Source: Catajapyx aquilonaris
Taxonomy: Eukaryota
Length of the DNA stretch: 64,000 nucleotides
Assembly (NCBI GenBank): GCA_000934665.2
Contig: KZ538066.1
Span: forward strand, 1-64,000
Direction of reading: 5' to 3'
The stretch's first letter is position 1. The number at the start of each line of letters is the position of its first letter. This document shows, piece after piece, positions 1 through 12,559 of this stretch. The notes beneath the pieces are model-generated. The model was given only the letters and a program-made list of their open reading frames with translations. It had not been told where the DNA came from and searched no databases. The translations under genes and the position numbers were made by a program.

Positions 1-283
1 ACGTGGGAAGTCAAGTTGGAAAAGTACATGTACAGTGTGGTACAAAATAACATCCGTTAAGTGGGGCATCATATGGGCACGATAAAATTCGGTCACACTA
101 TATACACTGGGGTCTTCATTTTTCCTTTATATTTTTAATATTTTCTGGGTATTTTAAATAAATGTCTACCATAGAGTTACCCTATGGCTAGATTTTGTGT
201 TAGCCCATTGTTGTAATATACCGATGGAGTAAACAATTCATGACTTTCTTCAATGATTTGGAAAAAAGTCGCATCTGCACTCG

Positions 284-354
284 GAGCCATATACTATAAG
301 GTCACTCGCAATCGACTTTGTCGATTGCGAGTGACCTTGATGAGTATATGGCTC
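284..354. repeat. Near-perfect 71-nt inverted repeat (hairpin)
   Basis: A 19-bp perfect stem AAGGTCACTCGCAATCGAC / GTCGATTGCGAGTGACCTT with a TTT loop (298-338), extended by GAGCCATATACT / AGTATATGGCTC. Confidence 0.85.
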
Positions 355-1409
355 TTGACCCAACTTTTCTGGATTGTTACTAAATACTTCACGTCTTCCT
401 TTATAGCCCATTTTACCTATATTTTTAATACCGACGTTATATACTGTTAGTAATTTCTATCGTTCTATACGTTATGGGTTAGCCCATTGTTGTACAAAGC
501 CGATTGAATGAACAATTCATGACTTTCCTTAACATTCAAGGAGTGTCTAACATGCAGTAAATATTGGCGTCTTTGTACTTTTAAAAGCAAGTTTAACGTC
601 ATTAGCACAGTACTAATGCGGAATTCACATAAGCTGATTAAAAGTGCGTAACTAACAGTTCAAACAACTGAAAGAATCCATCGTAATTAGAAAAAAGAAC
701 CGGGCTCAAACATAAGAGAGGACTTTTTAATTAATCCCCAAGTTTATTTCCTCTCTATTCTTTTGCAAAAAAAATGTTCTTTTGTTGCGGACAAAAGAAC
801 GTCCGTTTGCTATTGTTTTATTCATACTTCCAACCCTTTTTTTTTTGCACACGTCTTTTTTTTTGCACACGTCTCGAATGTTTAGCATAAGGAGAGAGTG
901 ACGTGAGTGCATTATTTTTTTCCCCTCCATCTCCTTGGACCAACGTATCTTTCTTCTTCTTTTCATCTGTTGTGTTGTAGCCCACGGCGACTTTATTTCC
1001 AGTGTACCCAACAGAGCAGAGGCAAGGTATAACGAGCTGGGGGTAAAAACCGGTCTCTCTTATTCAAGGCTTGGGGAAGCAATTTCGCTACAACGAGCAC
1101 AAAATCTATATAAGGATGCCGGAAACCTCACCGCGAAACACAAAAGGTGCAGATATCCGAGAGGATGATGATTTCATGGGAGGGTGGGTGGGAGGGGTGA
1201 GGTGGACCCAGAAGAGATATGTCAATATTTCGGGAGGGGTTATTTTCGGGGAGCCGGACCGTGTTTTCGATTCTGGAGGACCTACATGATGGGGAGGGGA
1301 AGCAAAAACTGTGTGAGTAATATGCTGAGCTGGACCAAAAATGGAGGAATCGAGGAAAACGATAGGTTTTGGTCAGCATCAGTTCCATTTGTGATTGTTG
1401 GTGGTCATA

Positions 1410-1960
1410 CTAATTTTACCCATGTACGGACTTACCCAGATAACGAACTTAACCAGTGCGAGAGCTGGACCGAAAATGGCGGCATCAAAAATGGTCACGT
1501 TTGGTAAACATTTTTACAATGATAACGGCCATTTTAAAAGGAGAAACATATACAAACTTACACCATGCACAAACTTACCCCGTGTACGAACTTAACCTAT
1601 GTACAAGTTGCCATGTAGACTTCCCCAAAGAAAAATTGACCCATGTACGGACTTAACCTTCTACAAACTTACCCCATGTAGGCACTTACCCTTGAACGGA
1701 TTTTCCTAGTGTACGATATTACCCCGAGACAAAAGTGCCTGGTGCATACGAACTTACCCTTCTACAAACTTACTCCATGTACAAACATATGCCACGAACG
1801 AACTTGCCCAGTGTACGGGCTTACCCCATGCACTAACTTACCCTTGTATGGAATTACCCCATGCATGGACTTAGCCTTGTACAAATTTTCCTACTGTACG
1901 ATCTTACTCCGAAACAAAATTGCCTAATGTACGAACTTACCCCATGTACGGACTTACCCT
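1410..1960. repeat. Degenerate minisatellite of about 20 bp (ACTTACCCCATGTACGG/A)
   Basis: The acttaccc...tgtacg motif recurs throughout; it explains the repetitive LTPCT ORFs. Confidence 0.85.
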
Positions 1961-3087
1961 ACTTCACTCTACATGGACACAATTTCGACCAGAATTGTTC
2001 GGAAACACCTGAGATTTACGCAACGGAAAGTTACGCCTCTAATCTAAGCAGTGAAATACCGTACCTATTCAGTCACATTGTTGGCAAGTTACCCTTTAAT
2101 TGGTATACCTAAAAAAAGGCTTACAAAAATCACTCTCTCTGTACACCTCCTTTGAAAGTGTCGCATTACAGCGTAAAGAGACTTTGAAGAGGTGTTTGGC
2201 TTTTTTGGTGTGTGTGTTGGAATGAAAAAGCCTGTCCTGGAATGTTCAAGTGGAAAATGTTTGGGGCGGACTGGAATGTGCCGAGTGGAGTCGAGTTGGG
2301 GGTAGATTGTCGCATGTCAAATTAACCGCTTTGCGTGCATTACGTCACGTACCGTTGTCATTATGCCGACTCGTCCTACAATTTTTGGCACTGTTGCCGA
2401 CCCCATTTTGCGGTTAGAACCGGTCATGAAAATAACTCTATATAGACATGACAACGCTGCAAGACGTCTCATTACAACACCTGTTGAAAATCAGCCAATC
2501 AGAAGCAGCCTTTGATGTGAACAAGACGTTATGTAACGAGCAGCAAACAAGGCAGTGATTATCGCAAGAGTGATACTCAGTACATGCAAATGAGGGCAGA
2601 TTTTAGCTGGTGGGTATACACATCTCATTACCATATCTCGCATCTCATAACAGTGAGTGGTTATAGACGCAAGAATCCGCCGCAACAAAGTGAGTGGTTG
2701 ACTGTGTGAGAGATAGAGAGATGCTTTACATCCAGAAGTCTGATCTCTCAGGGGGTTTCGCACGGGGTGTAATAAGAGAGGATAATATGCATGAAGCCGC
2801 TACTTAGCCCACCTTACATTCTGCGTCAGAGTTTCGCTCAAAAGCAATGTTGTGTGATGTGGCTAAGAACCGCGGATTCAGGATGGAGAGTAATGCAGAT
2901 GGGTTCTTCTTTTCTTTTTGAAAAGGTGTCTGGTTGTAAAAGTGGCGACCGTGAACATTGGCGTCACTGGACATGTGGTCTTCTAACTCCTTCTCTTCTC
3001 TGGACTGACTACATTGCAAAAATATAATTATATAAAATATATAGAAATAAATTGTGACTTGTCCAGCTAGGGTAGAGAGGCTACAAC

Positions 3088-3112
3088 TGGCGCCCAACGT
3101 GGGGCTCGAACC
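3088..3112 (+). mobile_element. tRNA-Lys(CTT)-complementary site (LTR-retroelement PBS-like)
   Basis: TGGCGCCCAACGTGGGGCTCGAACC is the reverse complement of the 3' end of tRNA-Lys(CTT) including CCA. It is preceded by TACA-AC, which resembles an LTR end. Confidence 0.65.
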
Positions 3113-3449
3113 GTGAACCGTATCCATGCGCGAAAGCCCACTGCGCAACCTTGGCCGTTTCCTCTTCTAACATCTAACTCCTCCCACTTTTTGGACAGGC
3201 TGATACAATGCAAAATATTAATACATAAATAATAAATATTCTACATAATAAATGTAATTAATAAATATAAATGAATAATAAATACAAAAATTATATTACA
3301 TTAACAAACATAAATCAATAAATGCAAATAAATGTAAATATACAAATCAACTTTCATCAATTTCAATAAATTTCAATAAATTCAAATCAGTTAATTTAAT
3401 ATATTAAATAAATAAATAAATAGTCAGTAACTTAGCCGGGTCCTACAAA

Positions 3450-3511
3450 TGGCGTCCAGCGTGGGGCTCGAACCCGCGACTCAGATATTAAAATTCTCAT
3501 GCTTTACTGAC
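3450..3511 (-). pseudogene. Degenerate, 5'-truncated tRNA-Lys copy with encoded CCA
   Basis: TGGCGTCCAGCGTGGGGCTCGAACCCGCGACTCAGATATTAAAATTCTCATGCTTTACTGAC aligns with mismatches to reverse-complemented tRNA-Lys(CTT) through the T-arm, anticodon arm and part of the D-arm. It is preceded by TACA-AA. Confidence 0.7.
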
Positions 3512-4523
3512 GTAGGGATCAGGCGCAATTTGGTGACAGCCTGTGACATGACTCCCCCCCCCCCCNTATGTCCATTGGCATTCCGCACGTTCGAGCGCCC
3601 CCTGTCGCTTTCAGTCTAGAGGGGGTTTGAAGCCCCCCCCCCTCCCCTTCTAGCCCCCTGTTTGGCTAACCGTAAAGAAATTAATCTTGGCTTTCATTAA
3701 TCCATGTCAACGGCAGAGTGGCGGGCCTCTCTGGAGAAATGGGCGGTGAAAGTCGGTCGCCGCCAAGGCGCTAAGTGGCTTTATCGAGCCCTGTCAACCA
3801 CCCACACGATCGGGTTCTACCCAACAGCTCTCCCGATATTCTTCCTGGTGTCAGGAGAGTTAGAAGAAGGAAGAACGTGGGGCCTGTAATTGGACGGACG
3901 GTGCCCAGGGAGCGATCAAGCACCGAGTCTGGCATCCACAATTAGGCGCGTCGCGACGCTTCCTCTAAGAATAATGCGGACGACTCACTCATTAAAACTG
4001 GGTTGATAATGATGCTGGTAGTAATCAGCGCGGATACTCCCTAAAAATTATTTTTTGGGTTTTGGCACGTTTCATATTCCGGGCATTCATAATGCTGTTG
4101 TTTGGAGCGGTTAATTGCGGCGACGTGGTTGAGGGAATTGGCTTCGTTGCGTTCCAGACGCGACCGGTGTCTGTCACGCTGATTGGTCCGGACGGTTGCA
4201 AGGGGTGGAGACGCGAGATAAGACAAGTTCCAAGGCGGAGTAGTACCAGATGGAGGGACAGCAGGACTGAACCTGTTGCTTGTCGAGGGAAAAAGAGTTT
4301 CCAAGACAGACCCTATCTGAATCAGCGAAAGTCATATAAATCCTCGAATCACAGATTTAGTAAGTAAGTGACTGCTTGAATCGCTGAACATCACTCAGTG
4401 AGTCACATCAGTGATTCATCACGTACATCGTTGATTCAACTCTTACATTGTTGATTAATTATTAGCAAAATCATTTAAAAGACTAATAGATTCGTCGTTC
4501 AAATCATTGATTCATAATAACAG

Positions 4524-4785
4524 GGGCGACACGGTGGCCGAGTGGTTAGCGCCGCAGCCTTCCACCTCTAATAAGGTCCCGAGTTCGATCCCCGGGTCGG
4601 ACGGAGGATACTTATGTGGATAGAGTTTCGATGGGTTCTCTCCGTGTTCGCGTGGGTTTTCTCGGGGTTCTCCCGTTTCCTCCCACTATCAAAATCCATC
4701 ACATTACAGGCAAATGATTAAAGTCGGTCTATTAAAAGATGATCCCCTAAGAGGCCCAAGGGGCCTATCACGGGGTATCCATTAT
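4524..4785 (+). mobile_element. tRNA-derived SINE with V-domain-like central region
   Basis: A box TGGCCGAGTGG (4535-4545) and B box GTTCGATCC (4583-4591). The body GTTCTCTCCGTGTTCGCGTGGGTTTTCTCGGGGTTCTCCCGTTTCCTCCCAC resembles the V-SINE domain. There is a 3' hairpin, an ATT tail, and a flanking TAACAG duplication (4518-4523, 4786-4791). Confidence 0.85.
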
Positions 4786-4865
4786 TAACAGAGTCACTGC
4801 TTAAATCACTGAATCATTGCCCAAATCACTGATTTAGCATTTAAATCATTGATTCGTTGTCGTAG

Positions 4866-5269
4866 TTTATATATAAAATAGAAAGTCAGTCCTGATTAGG
4901 GCCTACTGTACTATTTGTCCGGAGAAGTCGGGTATACAACTTGAAGGAGCCCATAAGCGCCTATGACGTCACATCGCGCCAGCCAATCGTGATCATCAGA
5001 ACGTGACCCACGAATATCGATATATCGGTATATCACCGACGAATATCGATATATCGAACCCAGAAGTTAACAGGCAGTATCGTACACATAACTAGCAGGT
5101 TCTTCGCACGATAATTTATAAATAAAAGAAATGCGCCACAATCGCGGTTGATGAGACACCAAAAGTCATAAAAAGCTAAAATCTCTAAATTCTGGGTATT
5201 TAAACTTTAAAAATGCAGTTTTCGGACTCTCCCCTAAATCAGCTGCACGAAAGACGTCATTGTGCCTAG
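4866..5269 (+). mobile_element. Possible non-autonomous Helitron-like element
   Basis: Starts TTTATATATAAAATAGAAAGTCAGTCCTGA, similar to TCTATATATAAAA Helitron starts. Ends with a weak GCAC...GTGC hairpin followed by CTAG|T. Boundaries are uncertain. Confidence 0.3.
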
Positions 5270-6928
5270 TTTCAGGCTTCTCAGTAGTCTGAAAGTGGGT
5301 TAGAAACCCGTGACATACATAAATAGTAACAAACTTTCTGCGTTAGATAATTATGTACGATTTTATTCTATCATGTTCCATGGTAATTAGCTCGGTACTT
5401 TGTCTGAAACTGTAGTTCACTGCCTTATGAGCTTGATTCCACTTATATTGTTCCCCCCCATTCAGTCTGAAATTGTCGCGTACACTCTGCTACATCGCTA
5501 GTGCAAACGATCGTGGTCCTTGCGTGCGACATCCACTTACAGATTGCGTCATAAGTCCTAGTAGTTGACAAAAACAGAGCCAGGTTTTTTTCTTTATAGA
5601 CTGCCAGGGCAATCTGTTATCCTCAAGCGGCTACCGGGGCAGAAACATGAGCAATAACAGTTGAGCGCCGATTGTGGCACAAATTGCCATATAGACTTCA
5701 AGGGGGTTCAGCAAGCGATAAGCATGTCATGTGCAAACACGGTGCTACAAAAAATAATCTATCTTGCGTCGGATTTATGACCATGATTGTTGCTTCGGTT
5801 TGCGCAAAAAAAAACTATGAAAAATCGCAATAATCAAGGGCTGCTTGTTGAAAAATGTGTTCTGACATCCAAATTATTAGGCACCCGGTTTTTGACAGTT
5901 CGCGATCGCTCCGGACTCGTAGTTATTAACGAGGATATTATTGCGATCAAAAAAAACTGTGAGGTGCAATTTGCGCGTACGGTTGGACGTGCAATTGTCC
6001 TCGGATTTTAGAGGCCATCATTTGCTTTACCGTTCATTAGGGGGTGAAACTTCAGAGCAATCAATGGTCTGGAATTATGAGGCGTCTAAGAATTAAAACG
6101 GGGTCAGAAGGATATAAACCTGTGATAGACTCTGGTGCTAATCAGCAAAGATGCAGGTTGAGCAGGTGGTAGTATGGTTTTGGCTCACTCCTTTGTTAGA
6201 GCGGATGTTTGTTTCGCCAAATGGAATAGTTTCAGGTTACGCTTGTCTGTTTCCATTTCCCTCAAACTAAGAGGGTAGGAAGAACCCGCCCCGTGTGTAC
6301 ATTTTCTTGTTTGAAGTAACCCCATCTCAGCACACAGCCATCTTGAAACACATGCTGCCACTCACGTCGCAATAACATCGGATTTCATTCCCGAGAGGAT
6401 TGTAATTTGCGACATGTCCTGCAGTCACGTGAAATGATACATGTCTGGTTATTAGTTTCTTGAGCAAAGGTCTTATTAAATCATTTGTCATATATATTGC
6501 GCACCTCATTTTAGAATGGGTTATTAGAAAGCGGGAGCTGTCGTGTGGGAATTAGACATTTCCGGGACGCAGGTATTTTTAGCGCGCGCGAAATTGTATG
6601 CAAATTGATTTTAGGTAACATGCTTGGCACTTGACATACAGTATTTCTGTATACGACTAGTTTTATCTAGAGATTCATTCTGTAAAAGTTTCATGCAATG
6701 ATTCAACGAGTTGAGTAGCTAATGAATTAAGATTCGAGTGACGAATCACGCTTTATGTGCTCAATCATTGTAAGTCCCTGCAGAGATTAATTTTTACTCA
6801 TATATTATATTCATATATATATTTTTAAAATTTATATAAAATACAGGCTATAAAGCCTGTTTTTAAAATTTTAGACGAATTATTTCAATAAATACTGATA
6901 GATATAATTTTGTGATGATAATTACGTA

Positions 6929-7123
6929 CCCGGTGTTCCAAGTTCGTGGGTGTTTTTTATTGTAGCTGATATCGTCCGATGTAGTTATTTTTGTGTAGCT
7001 TGTTGTGCCGCGATCCAGGTGCCTCATAACTGATTAGGGGCACAACAAGCTACACAAAATAACAGCTTTCAGCAAAATGACTTATATCAATAACAAAAGG
7101 GCCCACGAACTTGGAACACCATG
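6929..7123. mobile_element. Tc1/mariner-type MITE (family 1, copy a)
   Basis: Inverted termini GGTGTTCCAAGTTCGTGGG / CCCACGAACTTGGAACACC, an internal inverted repeat TGTGTAGCTTGTTGTGCC / GGCACAACAAGCTACACA, and TA on both flanks. Confidence 0.8.
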
Positions 7124-7989
7124 TATACAGGGTGTTTCATAATAATTAAGCTACAATTTGTAGCAAATAGTAAGAATGCTTCGGTCATATTGACCCACAA
7201 ACCGGTCACAGAACCTCAAACAAGTTCACATCAAGCGTCACTCTTTCCAAACCGCTTTTTCCTTCTTAAAACTTCCCACAGATGACGCCCTTTCAACCTG
7301 ATCCATCATGACACCCACCTCCCTTTAGAAAAAAAAAACACGAATTCCAGTCCAATAATCGCAGCTTGAAAGATCCTTGTCTAACTCGCACTCCAGAAAG
7401 TCACTCTCGTAACACCCATTCTCAAAGTGGTAGGGTGGCGCCACCCCCTTTTCCTCTATCATGGCAACTAAAGCGCCATATTATTCCGACCCCGTTTGTT
7501 GGCTCCCTTGTCACGACCCCTACCCGGAAATGACCATCCACACCCCAGCCTCTCCCTTAGAAACTCTACGGAGTTACCTATCTCCTAATCTAGACCCTCG
7601 CCTAGACCCGGAGAGAGAAAGGCCTGCTAAGACTTGACGAAGGGGTCGCCATATTGGAGGGGTGGGGGAGGCCATCTTGTTATCCGGGGCTCGTCCGAAA
7701 AGCTCAGCGGGGCTAAGTCAGCCTTACAAGTATTTATGGGCAGCCCAGAGGCTTTTCTATCCTACCCCTCGTTTATCCGGGAGTTCAAAAAGGGGCAGGG
7801 GTTGATGCCTGGAAAGCCCAGGGCCTGACACTATCCGGAGGCCAGGGCGCGAAATGGTGGGGCAGAATTACCCCGGGGGCTGGGGTCACTGCGCCCGAGG
7901 GGCTGGGTGGATTAGGCCCTTTAAAGTACGTTGGCATGCCTTATAACCAGGCCTGGTAGGCTACGAACCCAGGCTTAGTTATGAGACAT

Positions 7990-9110
7990 GCTAAAGATGG
8001 TATCGAAATTAATATTCCGAACAATCTATTAGCAGTAGAAACTCCTCCTAATCAGCAGTGTTGCAGGCCTGGTAGACTACTAAGGCAGGCGTAATTATGA
8101 AACATCCTATCGATGGTATCGAAATAAATAAGTTATACAGAACAATCAGGTAGCAGTAGAAAAGGCTCGCAATCAGCAGTGTTGCCAACAGATTGTTCGG
8201 TACGCCTATGTCGATACTATCGATGGGGTGTCTCATAACTATCGGCCTCGTACGGACTAAAGCAGTTGGCAATACTGATGATAAGCTGCGGGGAAGGATT
8301 ACCAGCTGATTACAAGTTCAGTAGGGCTATTTCGATACCATGGATAATAGTAGTATCTTATGAACAGGCCTGGTTGTGAAACATGCTATCGATGGTATCG
8401 AAATAAATCTGCGGAACAAAATTAGCGGTAGTAACACCTCTTAATCTGCAGTGTTGCCAACAGATTGTTCAGTAGGCATATATGTTCATACCATCGATAA
8501 CTAATAGGCTTCGTGCTAACACAGTCTGGACTAATGCAGTTGCTAACACTGATAAGGTGCGTGTCAGTGTTGCCAGCTGATTACAAGTTCGGTAGTGTGT
8601 TTCGATAGCATCGATGGTATAGTTTCATCGGTAGTATCTTAAAACCAGCCTGGTGCTGTCCAAGTCAGGAGTTAAGCACTTGGCTGCACTGCTATAAGTG
8701 GAGTTACTACTGCATCAGTGTTGCCAGCTACACGTCCAGTAGGACTACTTCGGTACTATCGATAGGATGTGTTATAACTGGGCCCACTCAGGAATGGAAC
8801 AGTTGAAAATACTACTGATTAGGACGCCGCGCCGAGTCAGTGGTGTCATTTGTCAGATTGGTAGTATCGTGAAAATCCTAAAACTCCAGCGATACTGATA
8901 TTATCACCGTGTATCAATGTCGGTTGTCAATTCTGCCGATAGCAACAACATTGCGGTGATAGTTTCGATACCATTGATAATACTGTAAGTCTCATAAAAC
9001 ACTATAACCACAGTATGCCAACCATGCTATCTTTCTGTCATTGGCAACCCTGCTATTCACGTGACGCAAAACGACTCCCATCAATTCCCTCCATCTTACC
9101 GGCAGTATCG
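7990..9110. repeat. Degenerate ATCGAT-cored tandem repeat island
   Basis: Recurring ctatcgatggtatcgaaat, cagtgttgcca and tttcgatac motifs occur in both orientations. Confidence 0.7.
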
Positions 9111-9308
9111 ATTAACTATATAAAGCGCTAATAAAAATACCCCCAACATTAATAACAGAACTTTGAAGCAATTCAGGAATGTTCCTTGCGCCAAAAAGTT
9201 TGCAATTTAAAAACGCGACGAAGAATGCGCCAAAGGCAAAGGTTTTGCCTACCACAAACACGATGGTATCGACTACCTTTTTTTTCAACTAATTTTTGCG
9301 AGACTGAC

Positions 9309-9501
9309 CTTTGGATGAGGATCCACCTTCTTTTCTGAGCTCTAACCTGGTGCCATCTTCTCTTCTCCATTGAATATGCGGCTCCGGAAGACCTTTGGCC
9401 CGGCATAGGAGGGTCGAGGATTGACCTTCTCTGACCACCACGTCACCAGAGGTCTCCGTGTAGATGAACTCTGGTGGTACCACTATTTTCATTATTCCGA
9501 T
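9309..9501 (-). CDS. Coding exon C (Ig1/Ig2 linker and first half of Ig domain 2) of the DIP-alpha/beta-like gene
   Basis: Acceptor ctctttgtcctttcag|ATC, 193 nt encoding IGIMKIVVPPEFIYTETSGDVVVREGQSSTLLCRAKGLPEPHIQWRREDGTRLELRKEGGSSSK plus 1 nt, donor AAAG|GTCAGT (phase 0 in, phase 1 out). VVPP...ETS.D..V.EG....L.C.A.G.P.P.I.WRREDG is the DIP/lachesin Ig2 signature. Confidence 0.95.
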
Positions 9502-9601
9502 CTGAAAGGACAAAGAGGGGCGTTTACAAGGGACGAAAATGGGACTGAAACAGTGGAATAAGTCAGGTACACTCTACTTGTCGCCTATAGTACAAGGAGA
9601 G

Positions 9602-9965
9602 CAGTGAAAACCTGTATATAACGGAATATATGTTACTGAACTTATGAACAGAATATTTTCGGTGAATTTCTAGCACACAACGAAATGTTGTTTACGCCAT
9701 AAAATTTAACGGAATTTGCCGATTCCGTTATATACAGGTTTTGCTAATTTTAAATTTGTGAACCACATTTTTAGTGTGAAATAGGAAAGAGACTGATCAG
9801 ACCCATATTTAAACTGTCTGCAAGAAACAAGAAAACCTGTCTATAACGGAACATGTACCTAACGGAAAACTTTCGTTGCGGAACTAGTCGACGAATATTT
9901 CTGCGCCATTAATTTAGTAGAAAATTATCCGGAGAGGTCAGTTCCGTTATAGACAGGTTCTGCTA
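9602..9965. mobile_element. Two adjacent short pogo/Tigger-like MITEs
   Basis: Copy 1: AAAACCTGTATATAACGGAAT ... ATTCCGTTATATACAGGTTTT (about 9607-9742). Copy 2: AACCTGTCTATAACGGAAC ... GTTCCGTTATAGACAGGTT (about 9834-9959). They lie about 100 bp from the exon C acceptor. Confidence 0.7.
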
Positions 9966-10459
9966 ACTTGCTATTGACTTTATGATACGGACCCGACCCG
10001 ACTCAAGTGTCCCGATCCTAAGCGTCCCTCCACCTTTTAGCAGAAATTTTGGCAAGTTTTGGCACAGGGGAGGGAGACCCCCCCCTATCCACGAGTGCGG
10101 CTATAACGTGGGATGGGGTGGGTGGGGTGGGGAGAGGAGGAGACGGGGAGAAGTCTATCGATTTGAGCTCGTTCCCAAGCATGAACTTAGTCCCTTAAAT
10201 GCGGTTAAATGTCCGTCCTGGGCCGGAATTCCCATTATTAACCGCTGAAATATGCGGGAGTGTAGAGGCTGGTTTGAATATTAGGCGAGGACCACTTTTT
10301 TGGGGGCGGGGGGGGGGGAGGGGGGCGAAGAGAGTTGTGCCAAATACCTGTGCGGCAATTTTTTGCGAAAAAATAGACAATAAGTGGGAGGTGATTTTGG
10401 AAGCAGTGCCGCGCGGGGTCGCTCGGAATCGCGTCTCAGCCGAAACTCTCCTAAATGAG

Positions 10460-11240
10460 CATGTGTGCATAGAACCTAACATTAGCAGTTAATTCTTTTG
10501 ACAACCGCTTAAAGTAACTGCTTACCACAAAAACTGCTAAGTGAACGTCGACAAGAGAATCAGCATAATAATTATTATACAGAAACTAATATTAGCAGCT
10601 AATACTTTTGACTACAACTAAAAGTACTTGAAAGTAGCTGCTCAAAATGAGCAGATTACTTCCTATTGTAGCTGTGAATACCATCAGAAACCCATAATTA
10701 CAGGGACCTCCTATGTGACAGAACCAAATAATAATAGCTAATATTTTTGACCATTAACTGGTTAAAATAAGTAGTATTCAGCTATAAGAGACATTGGTTA
10801 GAACACCGCTTTTCGTGGTCCCTTGAAGTCTGTTGTATTCGGATTCAACTGTATGATTGACGACCACTAGCTGGTTACAATCAATAATCAATAGCTTAGT
10901 GCCAAAAGCTGGTTCATAAATTGACCTCAAGTGTTTCTGGGTCAGAAAAGGTCATTGGCATTGCGTTAACTTTGAAAATTAATATATAATGACAACCTAG
11001 CAGTTGTAGCCAATATTTGTTATTACCGCTAAAATAAGCAGCTTACTGCCAAAATCGCTCTGAACTTCGTCAGCAGAAACCTATTATTGCAGGCCAGAAC
11101 TAATATTAACTGCTAATATTTTGAAGACCACTAACTTCTTAAGATAAGCAGCTAGGGGAAAAAATATCTGAGGTCCTAAATGACAGCCTCGCAGTAAAAG
11201 CTAAGATTATTATAGCCGTTAAAATAAGCAGCATAGACAA
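10460..11240. repeat. Degenerate long-unit tandem repeat island
   Basis: Recurring taatattagcagctaata..tttgac.ac and aaataagcagct motifs. Confidence 0.6.
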
Positions 11241-12559
11241 AACCAGCTCTGTCGTCAGATATGAGAAGACCGTAACTGAATGTCCACTTCCCCTTGCGGC
11301 GAGAAAAAAAGTTGTGGTACCAAAATCATCCAAGAGGTGGAGTTGGGGTGCCGTTCCTTTTTCCCCCCTTCCCCCAACGCCACCTCTTGGATGCTTTCGG
11401 TAACACTTACTTTCTTTTCTCGCCGCAAGGGAAGTGGATATTGAGTTACGGTCTTCTCATATCTGACGGCAGAGCTGCACTTCAAATGAAAATTTTCATG
11501 CTCAACTCTTGGCGAATTTTGACATCGTTTTGATTCGGATCAGAGCCCTTGTGCAAATAACCCTCATTTGACTCCAGTAGCTCAGTTGACTTAGTAGCTT
11601 ATTATTTTGTGATAACCGCTAAGATAAGCTGTTTCGTCAAAATAGCTACATTTCATACTGAAAAATTAATTGTCATTTTTTTGCCGATTTTGTCCAGGGT
11701 TTTGATTCGGATCAGAGCCGGTGTGAATGACCCTGATTTAAGTCCGGTTCAAGGCCAACGCCCCGGTTGGCTCTTTGATTAGCGGCCGGTTAGCCACACC
11801 AATCGCGGCCCAAAACCGCTGCCCGTCAACACCCGAATTAACTTAAACCCATATTCTCTCCCGACCCGAACAGGCTTAACTAACTAGAACTCTAGACCTG
11901 ATCTTAATCCAAGCTGAACCTATTTACATTTTTATGATCCAGATCGAAATCCTGGCTGGTTATGGGTGGGGAGGTGGAAACTTCTCCCAGCCATCTTATT
12001 GTGCATTCCAGAGAGTTACATTCCAGCTGGCCCCATTCTGAATTAATTATCGATTGTTATTCCCAGAGTGAGATTGTCGCGCGAGGAAAATTGATCCGGA
12101 GGCTCAAACTACCCCCCGTGTAAATCTCACCCCCACCCCTCCACCCCCCTATCCGAAAATTTTATAATCAATTAACTTGATCCGAACTGCACGTGCAAGT
12201 GCAGATGCTTCCAATTAACCCCTCCCCAGGAGAGTATGGGGGGGAGGTTGATTGATACGTCTTTATTAGGGTCATTCACACGTAGAGCCTGAGGTGTTTA
12301 CCAAAAGCGAATACAGTGCGGCGTAAACAAGAGTAGCAGGTGAGGATGACGTTGATTTTAGCTGGTGAGACTCATTCAAATGGCGTTCACCCGGTTCAAT
12401 TGGCCTGCAAAATAATTATGACGAGGGGCTTATTTCCAGGAGTGGTGCCTGTATTGTCACGTAGGTAACTATCAGATTGTTCGGCCTATTTGAATCATTT
12501 ATCATTTTATAGCTGTCTGATATACGAATCTATTTCTGGTTCTATTATGCCTTTATCCC

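Noticed and set aside
4062..4367. ORF with a signal-peptide-like N-terminus
   Set aside because: It starts at TTG (not a normal eukaryotic start), is antisense to the DIP gene, and has no recognisable domain.
1..9300. Next DIP exon (expected Y.C.A.NGVPP motif of Ig2)
   Set aside because: I did not find it by eye on the minus strand; it probably lies left of the window.
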